Assembly: GCA_043228905.1 (NCBI GenBank)
Contig: JBHGNT010000006.1
Coordinates: forward strand, 17,050,001-17,114,000
DNA: 64,000 nucleotides
Direction of reading: 5' to 3'
Origin: Azolla caroliniana
Taxonomy: Eukaryota > Plantae > Polypodiophyta
The notes below the pieces were generated by a model that worked only from the letters and a program-made list of their open reading frames with translations, searched no databases and had not been told where the DNA came from. Positions within the stretch are counted from its first letter, which is position 1; every line of letters starts with the position of its first letter. Made by a program: the position numbers and the translations under genes. This document shows positions 1 to 12,549 of this stretch, one piece after another.

Positions 1-28
1 GAGAAGACGGTCAAAGCAATCTGAACTC

Positions 29-360
29 ATGGCCCCAACAACACACGCCACGATGCAAAACGACAACAACAACGACAACGCAAACTCCATGAATCCAGAA
101 TTCCTACAACAACAAACTCAAGAACATCAACCCACATCGCCAATCAACCAACTGGTTCAGGCCCTGTCCAACATTATTTTACAAGTTAACCATACTAACC
201 AAGCCATGTTGTCATTCCTCTTGGCATGATTTGAGCCACAATAGAATCTCCCAGACCGTTGAGTTTGCCCAAAACCATTCTCCGGCCTACCATCGAAAGA
301 CGTCCTCTCTTGGCTGGATCATTTCGAAATGGTGGCCAGTTACCACTAGTGGCCACACCC
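29..360 (+). pseudogene. Element A gag, N-terminal part
   Basis: NQAMLSFL..PKPFSGLPSKDVLSWLDHFEM matches E gag (NQAMLSFL..PKSFSGLPSEDVLAWLDHFEM); in-frame stops. Confidence 0.85.
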
Positions 361-808
361 TATCAAGAATACTACTAAAACAGAGAGAGAATTAGTACTA
401 GAGAAGGGAAGTACTATTAGTACTAAGAGTACGGGACTGCGTAAGACCCCCGACAGAGAGGAAAGAGAAGAGGAGAGAGGGAGAGAGATAGTGTGGACAA
501 GAGAGAGAGAGATGATGATAACATATGATATATTATAGGAAGTGTAAGTACAAGATGGATATGAGGCTTAAGACTGGCGTTGAACCAGTTTGGTTCCACA
601 TAATACCTAGTGCCTTCTTTTATAGTGTTTTCAGGAGTAATCCTGAAGCTTCTAGAATGTTTCAGAGAAATCAGGAATGTACATTAATTTCCTATAATAA
701 AACTTAAATGAAAATAATACCTTACGTATTACAATGGATGGTATAATGGTCAAGAGTTCGACCCATATAACATAAGGTCATGGGTTTGAGTCTTGCCCTA
801 TCATGACA
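361..808 (-). repeat. 3' LTR of the chromovirus
   Basis: Direct repeat of 6404-7029; TA(T).. start is a mutated TG, ends TGACA. Confidence 0.93.
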
Positions 809-3800
809 CTATCTCTCCCTTAAGACAACGAGTGGAACGAGTCGGCGCTGATTGCGGACCGGGTTTGTCCACATACTTTCGGTGAAACGCAGCCAGAAGA
901 TCCTGAGCATTGGCGACACGCTCGGCGGGTTCCCAAGTACGTTCGCTCGGACTATAGCTTAGCCAATCGACCAAATAATAAATTTTGTTGCGAACAAGTT
1001 TGGAATCGAGGATGGCAGCAACTTCATACTCCGGGCCGACTTCCAACTAAAGGGGGGGGGCGGTGGTGTAACACGATCAGGAGTAGTGTTTGCTTGATAA
1101 GGTTCAAGAAGAGAGCTATGGAAAACCGGATGTATTTGAAGATGCGGAGGGATATCAAGGTGGAACGTGACATCATTAACCTTACTAGTAATACGGAAAG
1201 GACTGAGTCGTCGATAATCCAACTTGTTGCACGATCGAGTAGTCTTGATGTGGCGACGTAAGAGCCATACTCGATCTCCGATGGCAAAAGAGGAGGAAAG
1301 CCGATGACGATCCACATAAGTCTTCTGTGTGTGTTGAGCATGACGAAGATGAGGAGAGAGATCCATCTGGATCTTGCGTAGCCTCTCCAAATGATCCCCA
1401 ACACGAGGATTGGTAGGTAGCTTCGGGGTGTCGATCACCGACCAGCGAGGATGAGAAGCGGTATAAGCGTAAAATGGGGAGACCGAGTCGAGGAGTGAAC
1501 AACATTATTATATGCAAACTCCGCAAAGTGGAGAATCTCGGCCCAATCGTCCTGTTGATAACTCAAAAAACACCGGAGATATTGTTCCAGCGTTTGGTTT
1601 GTTCGTTCCGCATGCCCATCGGTCTGGGGATGGTAGCCGGAGGAGAGGTTGCAAGAGACCTTGAGCATCTTGAAGAGATGCTGCCAAAATTTGGAGACGA
1701 ATTGAGGTCCTTGGTCATTGATTATAGTGGCTGGGAGGCCATGATGTTGAAATACCTCACGCAAGACAAGGGTGGCGGTTTCCTCGCTAGTGATGGCCTT
1801 AGTACATGGCACAAAATGTGTCATCTTAGTATATCGATCAACGACGGTTAAGATAGCATTAAAACCCTTCAAGACCGATAGATCTGTGATAAAATCAAGA
1901 CAAATAGACTGCCACAGCTTACTTGGAATCGGTAAGGGTTCCAACAAGCCATATGGATGGTGTCAGGGCATCTTTGCTCGGCAACAACCATCACAAGTCC
2001 GAATATAGTCGTCGACAAAACGTCACATATGGGGCCACCAAAAAGATCGTTGAACGAGATCCAACGTCTTAGTACTACCGAAATGTCTCGCTGTATGGGT
2101 GTCGTGACAATTTTGGATGATTTGAAGGCAACAAGAGCAATCGGGGACATATACAAGCTTTTTAAAGAATCGGGGATGATTATCAAACGCTGGATCACTA
2201 GGACGAGGTGCAACATATGAATGCCGTGATAGCGCATCTGCTTTTCCTTGCTGCTTCCCCAGTCGATATGTGACTTTGAAGTCAAAATACGTGAGGAATT
2301 GAGCCCATCGAGCTTGCCGTCGATTTAGCACCCAAGCGTTCTGGAAATAAGCAAGATTTTTGTGATCACTAAAGACGATGACCTGATGTGGAGAGTCCTC
2401 TAAGAAATGTTGCCATTGCACAAAGGAATCCATGATGGCTAATAACTCCTTGTCGTGTATTTCGTAGTTGATTGCCCCGACATCGAATTTGCGCGAACGA
2501 AAAGCCACAGGATTTAACTCTTCTTTATCTCCTTGTTGAAACAGGATGCTACCAAGGGCAAAGTCCGATGTGTCGGCCTCCATGATGAATGGTTTTTTTG
2601 TATCCACATGAGCTAGAATAGGAGCTGATGTAAAGGCTTTCTTAAGATGCCGAAAAGCCATGTCCGCTTCATTGGACCAAATAAATGCTTGTCCCTTCTT
2701 CGTAAGTTGTGTGAGAGGTAAAATAATCTTCGAGTAATCCTATATAAACGTGCGGTAGAAGTTAGCAAAACCTAGAAAACATTGTACAATCTCGTACCGA
2801 CCATGGAATTTGCCACTCTAGCACAGTTTGGACTTTCACTGGATCCATGGAGATGCCCTTTGAGGAGATGACGTAGCCTAGAAATTCCACTTGCTTGCAG
2901 TCAAAGCTACATTTTTCTAGCTTGGCATAAAGACCATTCTCGCGGAGTCGTTTTTGTACTAACAGTACATGAGAATCGTGTTGTTCCTGGGTCTTCGAAT
3001 AAATCAATAGATCATCCAGATACATGATCAAACAAATATCCAAGAGGTCTCTAAATATATCATTTGCCATGTGTTGGAAGACTGCGGGGCGGGTGCATTG
3101 GTTTGACCGAATGGCATAACAATATATTCGAAATGCCCATACTGCGTGCCAAAGGCGGTCTTCCATTCATCTCCTGGTCGGATCCGTAGAAGGTAATACG
3201 CTCCTCGTAGATCGATTTTTGTAAAAAACTTGGCACCATCAACTCACTCTAAAAGACTTGATATAAGAGGAAGTGCATACCTATTCCGGATGGTGACTTT
3301 ATTCAAGCCGCGGTAATCAACGACGAGATGAAGTGAGCCATCTTTTTTATTGACAAAGAAGATGCGTGCACCGGTCGGAGATTTTGAATGATGAATAAAC
3401 CCGCTTGCCAAGTTCTCATGTATGTAGGCTTGAAGGACTTCTAACTCGGTGGGTGACAAGTTGTAAATTGGTCCCCATGGTGGCTCTGCTCCTGGTTGTA
3501 AATCGATGGGACAATCATAGGGATGATGATGAAGAAGAGTACTGGCTTTTACCTTGTCAAATACATCAGCATAAGGATGATATTTCTCCGGAAGTTGCAC
3601 TATTCCTCCTTAATAGTGTTGGAAGGATGTACTAATATTGCAAATAGGAACATTGTGTCCTTGTGTCCTTCTTCGCGTAATTGACGTAGTGAAATGGTCG
3701 AAACTCGATGACTAGATTCTTGGCGATGTCGATGTCAGACTTCTCTTGTTCTCCAATCGATGTCTGGATTATGTAATTCAAACCAAGGTAATCCCAGGAC

Positions 3801-4147
3801 AATGGGATGCTTTGGAATACTAATTATATTAAATGATACTACACACACAAAACTACCTAGGACAACTTGAATGGGTTGTGATTCTTCTACAATATTCTCG
3901 GAAACAATGGAACAACCATCAATGACTACTATAGATGCGGGGCAAGGAAGTTTTGTTATGGATATCTGAGAAGCTTGAGCAAAATTTCGATCCATGAAAC
4001 ATTCATTAGCTCCGGAATCTAGAAGTGCTAGGACGTTGTCATGAAAATACGACGAGGATACGTGAACTTGAGGCAGGACCCCGGGGCCTCTAACCAAAGG
4101 ATATCAAATTCGTGCGTTTTTGTATTAAGAATTAATCGATATGACAA
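801..4147 (-). pseudogene. Chromovirus pol: protease, RT, RNase H, integrase, chromodomain (frameshifted)
   Basis: ALLDSGA (PR), VVDYRGLN and YLDDLLIYS (RT), EADTSDFALG..ELLAI (RH), LDFITDL..GHAERTNQ (IN), EYEVAAILDSK..YYLVDW..TWEP (chromodomain). Confidence 0.95.
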
Positions 4148-5059
4148 ATTTTGATAAATTTTATTAGTAAAGAAAGAGAAAAATTACAATATGTCCCAAG
4201 ATTGGGATTCAGAAGTTTAGGTTTACTAAGATTAATAGAAAAGAAAAATTAGGGGTTTTGAGAGATAAGGCTTCCGTAAGGAAATTTAGGGTTTATGGCT
4301 TCCGTAAGGAAAATTAGGATTAGGTTATATGAGAGATATGACTTCCGTAGGGAAAATTAGATTTAGGTTAAACAAGAGATATCGCTTCTGTAGGGAAAAT
4401 TAGGGTTTTTGAGTGTTATGGCTTCGATAAGATAATAGAGCTAAGAAGGAAAAGGAAATAAAAATCCGAGAGAGGATGAGTGTAGGAAAAAAATGGAATT
4501 TTATATGGAGTTTTCCGTTGATCATAGCCTTCAATGTTACTTTGCATGTTCACTTTTAGTTGCATCTATTTTTAGTTGCATGGCTTTTTCTTTTAGTTAC
4601 ATGCGACCATCCACATGACCTTTACTTTAGTTTTTTTAAATTTACTTTAATTAGCCACATGATCCTATCATCTGCCCGTCTCGATCACTACCCATCCAGT
4701 TCTGGTTTCCATTATCGACCAATTCCATTTTATTGCCAATCGGTGTTTGGGAACTTGGCCACATTCATCCATCTAGACAAAGTGGCCAAAGTGCTCTTAG
4801 CACAAATGAAAAATGAGGGATCTCAATGTGCTTATATAGCCAGGGCCTTAAGTTTCCTATCTATGTGGGATAAATCATAGTTCTATTTCCCTATCTTCTC
4901 AAACTTTATGTTCTCATAACTTGATATGTAGTTGTCCATTTTGTATGTAGTAAAATGCGTTTTGAAGCTCTTGAGTACATCCATATTTCTATAACAAGCT
5001 ACTAATCTAATGTAAAATAATTATTTCATTATTTTTTTACATAGTGTGTGAAGATTTAC
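4148..5059. other. 0.9-kb non-coding insertion inside the chromovirus, between gag and protease
   Basis: Flanked by direct repeat ATGACAA (4141-4147, 5060-5066). Removing it restores the frame PLVHVV|ISINS..YPLVRGPG. Confidence 0.65.
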
Positions 5060-6332
5060 ATGACAACATGTACTAGGGGAGTACTTTTAGTACTAACCAT
5101 GACTTGGGCTAGGAACACATTGCTAACTTGCTTGGAGGGAATGGAACCACTAATGGGCTGTACAGATTTAGGGTTGTCCAACCAAACTCCTATTTTGGCT
5201 AGACTCAATCGTTTAACTCTTCATCTAATTGAGTAAGGATTTCAAATTTGTTTGAGATACTTGGGCTATTAGTACTATTAATACTATCAGACACTTCTAA
5301 GGGAAGAATTGATTCGGGTTTAGTATAGGCTAGGATTTGATTTACCTGTCTTCTTGGCCTATGGGGACAATTGATTGCGATATGCCTTGGTCCACCGCAA
5401 TAAAGACATAATCAATTTGCACGTCATCGTTGCTTTTCTTCTTCCGATAACGGGCCACGTCGACGCATGGTGTCGATCTCCATCAGTGTCGGAGTATTTG
5501 CTTGAGGTATGTCTGGAGCAAACGGTTTATCCACGACTGAGGCGTAAGTGGGCTCTAGCCTATAGCATGGTATTTGTAATTGACGTTCCGAACGTCGTTC
5601 GAAAAGGTGGTTGTCGCATCGGACCACTCGACTGATTGCCTCTGTAAGAGACTTTGGTTCTTTGGGGAAGGTTAGAAGTAGGTCTTTGACATCGTTTCAC
5701 AGGCCGTAGCGAAACTGCCCCATTAGTGCCTGACCATCCTAGGGGATATCTGAAGCGATTCGACGGAAATCCGTCGTGTAGGCAGAGGCTGGACGATCGC
5801 CTTGACGCAATCGTCAGATTTTGTTGATCGCCGTCCGAATGCTGTCTGCATCTCCAAAGCAAGGTTTAAACTCACTAATAAAGTCTTCAAAGTTATTAAG
5901 TAAGGGCGATTTTTTTTCTAGTAGTGGAGCAAACCCTGCCAAGGCTGAGCCGCTAAGCAACGTGCATATTAGGTCGACTTGAGATGCATCAGTGGGGTAC
6001 CAAGAAGGATGCATATGAATGACTAAGCGTACCTGATTGAGGAATCCCCTAAATTGAGATCGCGTTCCATCAAATTTCACAGGAAGTCCAATCTTGGACT
6101 CTTTATGTAATCCTTGCGAACTTGATCCTTGTTCTTGCAACGCTGCTTTGAGTTGTTGCACACGTAACGCTAACTCCCCATGTTGTTGCTGCATTTGCTG
6201 TTTTTCTAGGGAGATTTGTTGAAGATACCCTAACAACTGTTCGTTTTCTTGTTCCAAGGCAACACATTTTTCTTTTAGACATTGTAGCTCGGAGAAAATG
6301 GATTGGTATTCTTGGGCGCTAACAGAAGCCAT
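5060..6332 (-). pseudogene. Chromovirus gag with coiled coil and CCHC knuckle, plus the pre-protease linker
   Basis: LPVKFDGTRSQFRGFLNQV..LLNNFEDFI; PTLMEID; CLYCGGPRHIAINCP near 5365-5410. Confidence 0.9.
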
Positions 6333-6403
6333 TGTATAGAAAAAAAAGATAAGATGATGAGGGAAACCAACAGAAAAACTAGAGAGGCAAAATTGGTTCA
6401 CCT

Positions 6404-7029
6404 TGTCAGGAATAGTACTAAAACAGAGAGAGAATTAGTACTAGAGAAGGGCAATACTATTAATACTAAGAGTACGGGACTACGTAAGACTCCCGACAGA
6501 GAGGAAAGAGAAGAGGAGGGAGGGAGAGAGATAGTGTGGATGAGAGAGAGAGAGATGATGATAACATATGATATATTATAGGCAGAGTAAGTACAAGATG
6601 GCTATGAGGCTTAAGACTGGCGTTGAACCGCAATACTATTAATACTAAGAGTACGGGACTGCGTAAGACTCCCGACAGAGAGGAAAGAGAAGAGGAGGGA
6701 GGGAGAGAGATAGTGTGGATGAGAGAGAGAGAGATGATGATAACATATGATATATTATAGGAAGAGTAAGTACAAGATGGCTACGAGGCTTAAGACTAGC
6801 GTTGAACCAATTTGGTTCAACATAATGCCTAGTGCCTTCTTTTATAATGTTCTCAGGAGTAATCCTGAAGCTTCTAGAATGTTCCAGAGAAATCTGGAAT
6901 ATACATTAATTTCCTATAATAAAACTTAATGAAAATAATATTTTACACATTACAATGGATGGTATAATGGTCAAGAGTTCAACCCATATAACATAAGGTC
7001 ATGGGTTCGAGTCTTGCCCTATCATGACA
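6404..7029 (-). repeat. 5' LTR of the chromovirus, with a ~179-bp internal tandem duplication (6451-6629 / 6630-~6808)
   Basis: GCAATACTATTAATACTAAG...CGTTGAACC occurs twice in tandem, but only once in the other LTR. Confidence 0.92.
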
Positions 7030-8859
7030 CACCCCCGGAAGGCAATGGAAATGAAGACACTCCTCGAGAATATCGCAACAACATGGTTCGTGCAACAACC
7101 CGAGGAGACACGCAACGATTGGGACCTGTTACAGGCAGCCATGATTCGGAATTTTGCTCATCAGGACTCCCGTCAGACGGCCGTACAACAACTTGAGTTA
7201 ATTACCCAACAACCACGCGAACCCATCACCCATTTCGCGGTTCGGTTTGTGTTGATCCTACGTCGGGCTGACGCCAACATGTCGGAAGACATGAAGTTGT
7301 TTTTCTTCTGGCCACGTATCTGGCACGACTTCCGCCGTTGTGTAGGTGATCAAGGCCTGAAGACACTACATGAAGCCATCCTCACCATCCAATGCATCGA
7401 AGCTGCATACGCACATGACCTGCACAGACTAGGTAATCTCGGTCACAATCATACAAACACTATGCCAGCCACCACTCCCATGGACATCGATGTCTAGAAT
7501 GCGTAGTTACGCGCCAAGCGTGCATTGCCCGAATGAGACAGCTAGGGACCCCCCAAATGTTTCTACTCCAACAATTATGGCCACATCTGGTGTCACTACC
7601 GAAAGTGGCAAAATCAACAACAGAAGCAGAACATCCAATTAGACGACGTTGCCGGAAAACTAATGCGTAGGGTGCTGCTGGGAGAACCGCCTCCACACGT
7701 CCATGTCTCCACGTCATCAACTTCTCTTGTTTATACCAAGATCGAGCCGCCCCCATACGTCCACGCCTCCACATGATCAACTTCTCCCGTTTGTACCACG
7801 ATCGCCCTCCTCGAGCACACGACCCAAGAAGTTCTCCTCGACTCCGGCAACAATATCTCTTCCGTCAGTGCAGATTTAGTCGCCCAATTGCAACTTCCCA
7901 CGAGCCACACACTGCCCATTAAAATCCTCTTCGGCGACCAGCAGCAGTTGTACCACTCACTTACGCAAGTCATGTGCATGCTCACCATCAGTTCCGCCTA
8001 GATCCAACATCGATTCTACGTCCTCCCGCGCCAGTTGTTCCCAATCACCATGGGCTGCGATTGGTTCCTCCATAGTCGAGTTTGTCTCGATTTCTCCTCG
8101 CAACAACTCGTCCTCCCAAATCACCTTCCAATCGCACTCTTCACTAATCCACAAGATACCACCCACATCAGCAACACACAGTACCTGGTATCACCGACAG
8201 AGCACATCCACGACATCCGACGGCTCCTAGCCACCTTTCCCTCGCTGTCTACACCACCTGCAAAGCCTCCCTCGGTCCGCTTTCCGATCCACCACACGAT
8301 TCCTCCAGGCAATGCCCACCCCATAGCACAGCTCCCTGACGTCGCTCCGCTCTCGACCACGAGCGCATCGACAACGCTATCAAAACTGTGCTACAACAGG
8401 GGATTATCACACCTTCCAAGAGTGAGTGGATCTCGGAGCCACACATGATACAAAAAGGGGACGACTCTTACAGTTTTTGTGTCGACTTCCGACAACTGAA
8501 CCATGTCACCACCCATGACCGATAACCTCTCCCTCGTATCGACGACCTCCTCGACCAACTCGGAAAATCAAAGTACTTCTCCTTCCTCGATTTGTCCTCA
8601 GGATATTGGTAGATCCCTATGAATCCTGAAGATGCCCACAAAATTGCATTCTGCACTAGGAAAGGCATTTTTGAGTTCACACAGATGCCCTTCGGCCTAT
8701 TCAACACTTGGAGCACATTCAAGCGTATGGCTAACGCCATCTTCGACGATCTCATCACCCGCCGCTCATCGTCTATCTAGAAGATATTCTGATACATACA
8801 AGCACCTGGGCAGAACACCTCCAAGTCCTTCAAGAGGTCCTAACTTGTGTTCAACGCAA
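7030..8859 (+). pseudogene. Element A gag C-terminus, protease and RT N-part
   Basis: TPMDIDV, LLDSGN, FCVDFRQLN, LDLSSGYW, MPFGL. Confidence 0.9.
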
Positions 8860-9174
8860 AACACATTTGCGTTCAGAAGTCGAAGGATCGCACATTCCAC
8901 TTTTAGATTCCCTTTATAGTTACACAATCTTAGCCTGTTGTGAAATATGACATGCACCTGTATCACATGATAAACCACAGAGGGTGAATTTATTGATTTA
9001 TTAATCGGATACATCTCTAGATTTATTCCTGTTGGAGAAAATATAAATGTACTAGATTTATTCTTGCAATGTTTACAAATTTAGGGTTGGTTTTTACCAC
9101 GCATTCATTTTATACAAATGAGTTATTTGACTAAAGCATTAAAACGGTAATTCCATTTTCGCGAGATGTAAAGT

Positions 9175-9630
9175 TGTTAATCGGCTAATTACTAACTACT
9201 ACCGATACAAAAGAGTGAACGTCGCTACTCAACGTTCTAACAAGGAATTGTGTTTTACGAACGGAATTATACTATATTAATCGGTAATTACCGTGATCGT
9301 TACTTAGTTATAAATTAGGAAGCTTGCACTTAACAACATAGACAATAGAAAGAACACAGAATCTGTACATGATATTCCTAACTTAAACTTATATTACTAA
9401 ATAAACGACCTTTCTTACAATGCCTTCGGTTCCCTTTTATAGGTATACCGAAGGTCTTTTCTCATCAAGAACAATTCCTACTTACTATCAAGAATTACAA
9501 AATTATCTAACTAACTTAGTTCTCTTTGTTCACTGCTGAGTCATTGATCCGAACAGTCGATCCGAACCGACTCCGTTTTCGACGCTTTCCCACTTGTTCG
9601 GTAAAACTGACTGTCCGGGTCCGGGTAACA
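9175..9630 (-). repeat. 3' LTR of B
   Basis: TGTTA...TAACA; TATA box CCTATAAAAGGG on the minus strand near 9432-9443. Confidence 0.96.
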
Positions 9631-9674
9631 CTTGGCACGTCCATGGGCCAGGACCTTGTCCAGCGAACCCACGC

Positions 9675-12136
9675 CTATTCCTGTAGCTCTTCATCCGAAT
9701 CGTTCAGAATATCAAAAATCGAAGGCTCTTCTGGCCTTGGATGTATTCCATCTATATCTTCCTCTTCATCTTCATCTGTGTCACAGTCGTCATTCGGAGC
9801 AGGTTTTGAATGTTGTGATTCGGTTGGCTGCTCTAGTTCACTTCTTCCAGGAGCTTGAAGACCAGGAGTCTTGCTGGTTCTTTCGGCTTCGATTTTATCC
9901 AACTGGACGGAAGTGCCTATATCATTTTTGTCGAATTCTTGCATAATACGTTGAATTTCTTCTCTGTAAAATGCCGCAATTTCGTCCATATCCTTCATGA
10001 TATCCTCTTGGATATTGTCAATATCCTTTTGTGCCATTTTAAAAAAACCTGCACCTTGGACCTGACGGTTATTTTTGTCGGCACGCAATAACTGTAATTC
10101 CGCCGCTTGTGCCGTCCATAACTTCCATCCTTGCGCAAGGGATTCATCGATCATTTTCTTTGCTAGGTTTCGATGTTTCCCTATGATGTGCTGCACTTTG
10201 TCCTTAGTGATGCTTGCGACGTATTGAGCGGTTTGCAACTCTTTCCATAAATCCGTAATAGTGGCTCGGTTTTCACTTTCAGCTCGCATTAGTTTGGATT
10301 CGACTACATATATGTCCAGCTGCCTTTGTTCCGATATCTTCCGAATTTCGTTCAGTTGTTGTTCGAATGTTGATTTCTCTTTGCTCCATTCCTCCTGTTG
10401 TTCCGTAATTCTTCTGTTGACTTCTTCAAGACTCCGCTCTTTTTCTGTCAATTGACTTTCCTGTGACACTATATACCTTTCGAATTCCTCAATTTGTTCG
10501 GTATATGTATGATTGGCCGTCTTAGCTTCTTCTAGATTTTTCTGTAATTCGTTTATTAATTGATTTTTTTCTTCGAGAACTTTGTATTGGCCATTCTGAA
10601 TGGTTTCTATTTGTTTTTCTAATTCTGTAGTTCGAAATATAGCATTGTTGGCCCTTGTTGTTTCTGCTTGACGTGCTTTCTCAACGTCCTCCAATTTCTG
10701 CTGCCATTCTGACTCCGACGCCATAGGTCGTGCCTGCGTTTCCCATTTGTTTAGACTTTCTTTTAGTTCTTTATTTTCTGCCTGTATGTTACAAAACTGA
10801 TGTTTCAGCACCTCCACCGATGCTGATACACTTTTGTATCTTTCAGCCATATCACTGGCTGCTTTGCGTGCCGTTTCATATTCTTTATGAATTTCGACCA
10901 GTGCTTCATGTAATGGTGGCATTTCAATAGCCTCTCCTCTATTCTGTGCATTTCTTTTCCGGCCGATTTTCTCTATCTCTGCTTTTTCTTGAGGTTCCAA
11001 CACTCCTCGTAAGGCTTTCTGTATCATTATTCGGTCATTATGTTCTTGAGCCAGCCGTTCTGATACTTCTGTCAATCTTTTTGCCAACCATTCAACCAGT
11101 TCGTATGAAGTTCCGAACTGTAAAATGGCAGCTAATTCATGTGCTGCTGGTGGAATATCCAAGTACCCATGTGCTTCCCGAATTGCTACTTTTGAAGATT
11201 GTCCTTGTTGAGGTTGTGTCGAAACGCTCTCACTCCCTGGTTTATTACTTCTGCTACTACAGGCGTATTCGAATTTTCCTTTGTGCGTTGCCTTTTCGGT
11301 GCTTACCCATCACTGTTTTCTGGTTGGAATTGCCGATTAGCCTTTTGTTTAACCCTTGTCCTTTGTCGCATCTTCTCTGCTTGTTGTCGATTTTCTGTCG
11401 GCTGCTGCTTGTTTATCAAATGGTCAACTGTTTCTTGTTCGGCTGCTAGTTGCCTGTTTTCGGAATTCTCTGGTCTTGGTGGTTCCGACTGAGGCATATC
11501 CGTTTGTATATTATCGGCATGTGCCGATTCTTCCTCTATCCATTCTTCATGTACTACCTGTCGGTGTCTTCGTGGTGCTTGTACTATCGGTGGTCTTCTT
11601 GACTGAACAGGAGTTTCCGATTCTTGAATCGGAAACAATACCGATAGCCAACGACCAAAAATTTGCTTCCTTGGTTTTCCTGTTTTTACCCCTTGTAGCT
11701 GCTCTCTCAGAGCTTCCCCCGACAATAGTGGCCAGTTGAAATCCTCCTTTTCGTATGCGGCTATGATAAACCCAGCCCTTTTTTTTGGCTTACAATAAAA
11801 ACGGGGACTGACAAATCCCACCTCTAGTAAAAATCTAGCCACTTCATGGAAAAACTCATCCCGACCTCCATAAGTCTGATATGCTTTTGCCGAGGGTGAG
11901 TATTCCCCGAAATACGATTGGAGTGCTTCTGATGAAGGTTTTTTAACTGCCTCAAAGCCTCCTCTTGGCATCTGTAATGCATTTCGTATTTTCTTTGTGG
12001 TGACCTTGGTGATGTCTAATTGTTGTACCAATTCTTCCGCCTGCGGATGAGGTTCCGCTTCTGCTACTTTGATGAAACCTTGTAAGTTTCTCTCATAAAG
12101 CCACAGTCGCAGTTCTTCAGACACAGGAATCGGCAT
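9675..12136 (-). pseudogene. Element B extra ORF (long coiled-coil protein), broken near 11160-11300
   Basis: Homologous to the C extra ORF: YFGEYS, DFNWP/KVDWP, W..WT/A..AAELQLLRAD. Confidence 0.8.
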
Positions 12137-12549
12137 GACTTCTGTGTTTGCTTGTTCTGAATCACTTGACGATGACGGTTGGAGATCTGCACAGCTTCTG
12201 TAGCGATGAAAATCAGAAAAACAGAGTTTGGGCGAGCTAGGGCACGAAGGCTCAGAATGTTTCGAGATCTGCACTCGTTTCTGTTGCTTTGGCGACACAG
12301 AAGATACAGAAATATGCTTTAAAGATATTAACTTATGCATTATGACTAAAGAATAGTAATTGCTATTAATGTAGGAATTAATTAGTATTAACTCTACGTG
12401 TAGTGGTTGTACCACTTACTAATAATCATGTAATTCCTCTTTCTATTTATAGTCGATTCAGACTGTTATGGCAAGATTCTATTTCTTCATTTGATAAGAA
12501 CTATTGAGTGAGTTAGTTTTTTTATTTTTTTTTATTTTTTTTTTACTCT

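Larger units (their letters stand above)
361..7029 (-). mobile_element. Chromoviral Ty3/gypsy element (Tcn1/Tf1-like), full length but degenerate
   Basis: LTRs 361-808 and 6404-7029; 5-bp TSD CACCC (356-360, 7030-7034); PPT AGGGAGAGATAG on the minus strand at 809-820; gag-PR-RT-RH-IN-chromodomain order. Confidence 0.95.

Noticed and set aside
4148-5059. Intron or solo LTR in the chromovirus
   Set aside because: The minus strand starts with GT but has no AG at the other junction; candidate TG..CA ends lack a matching 5-bp TSD.
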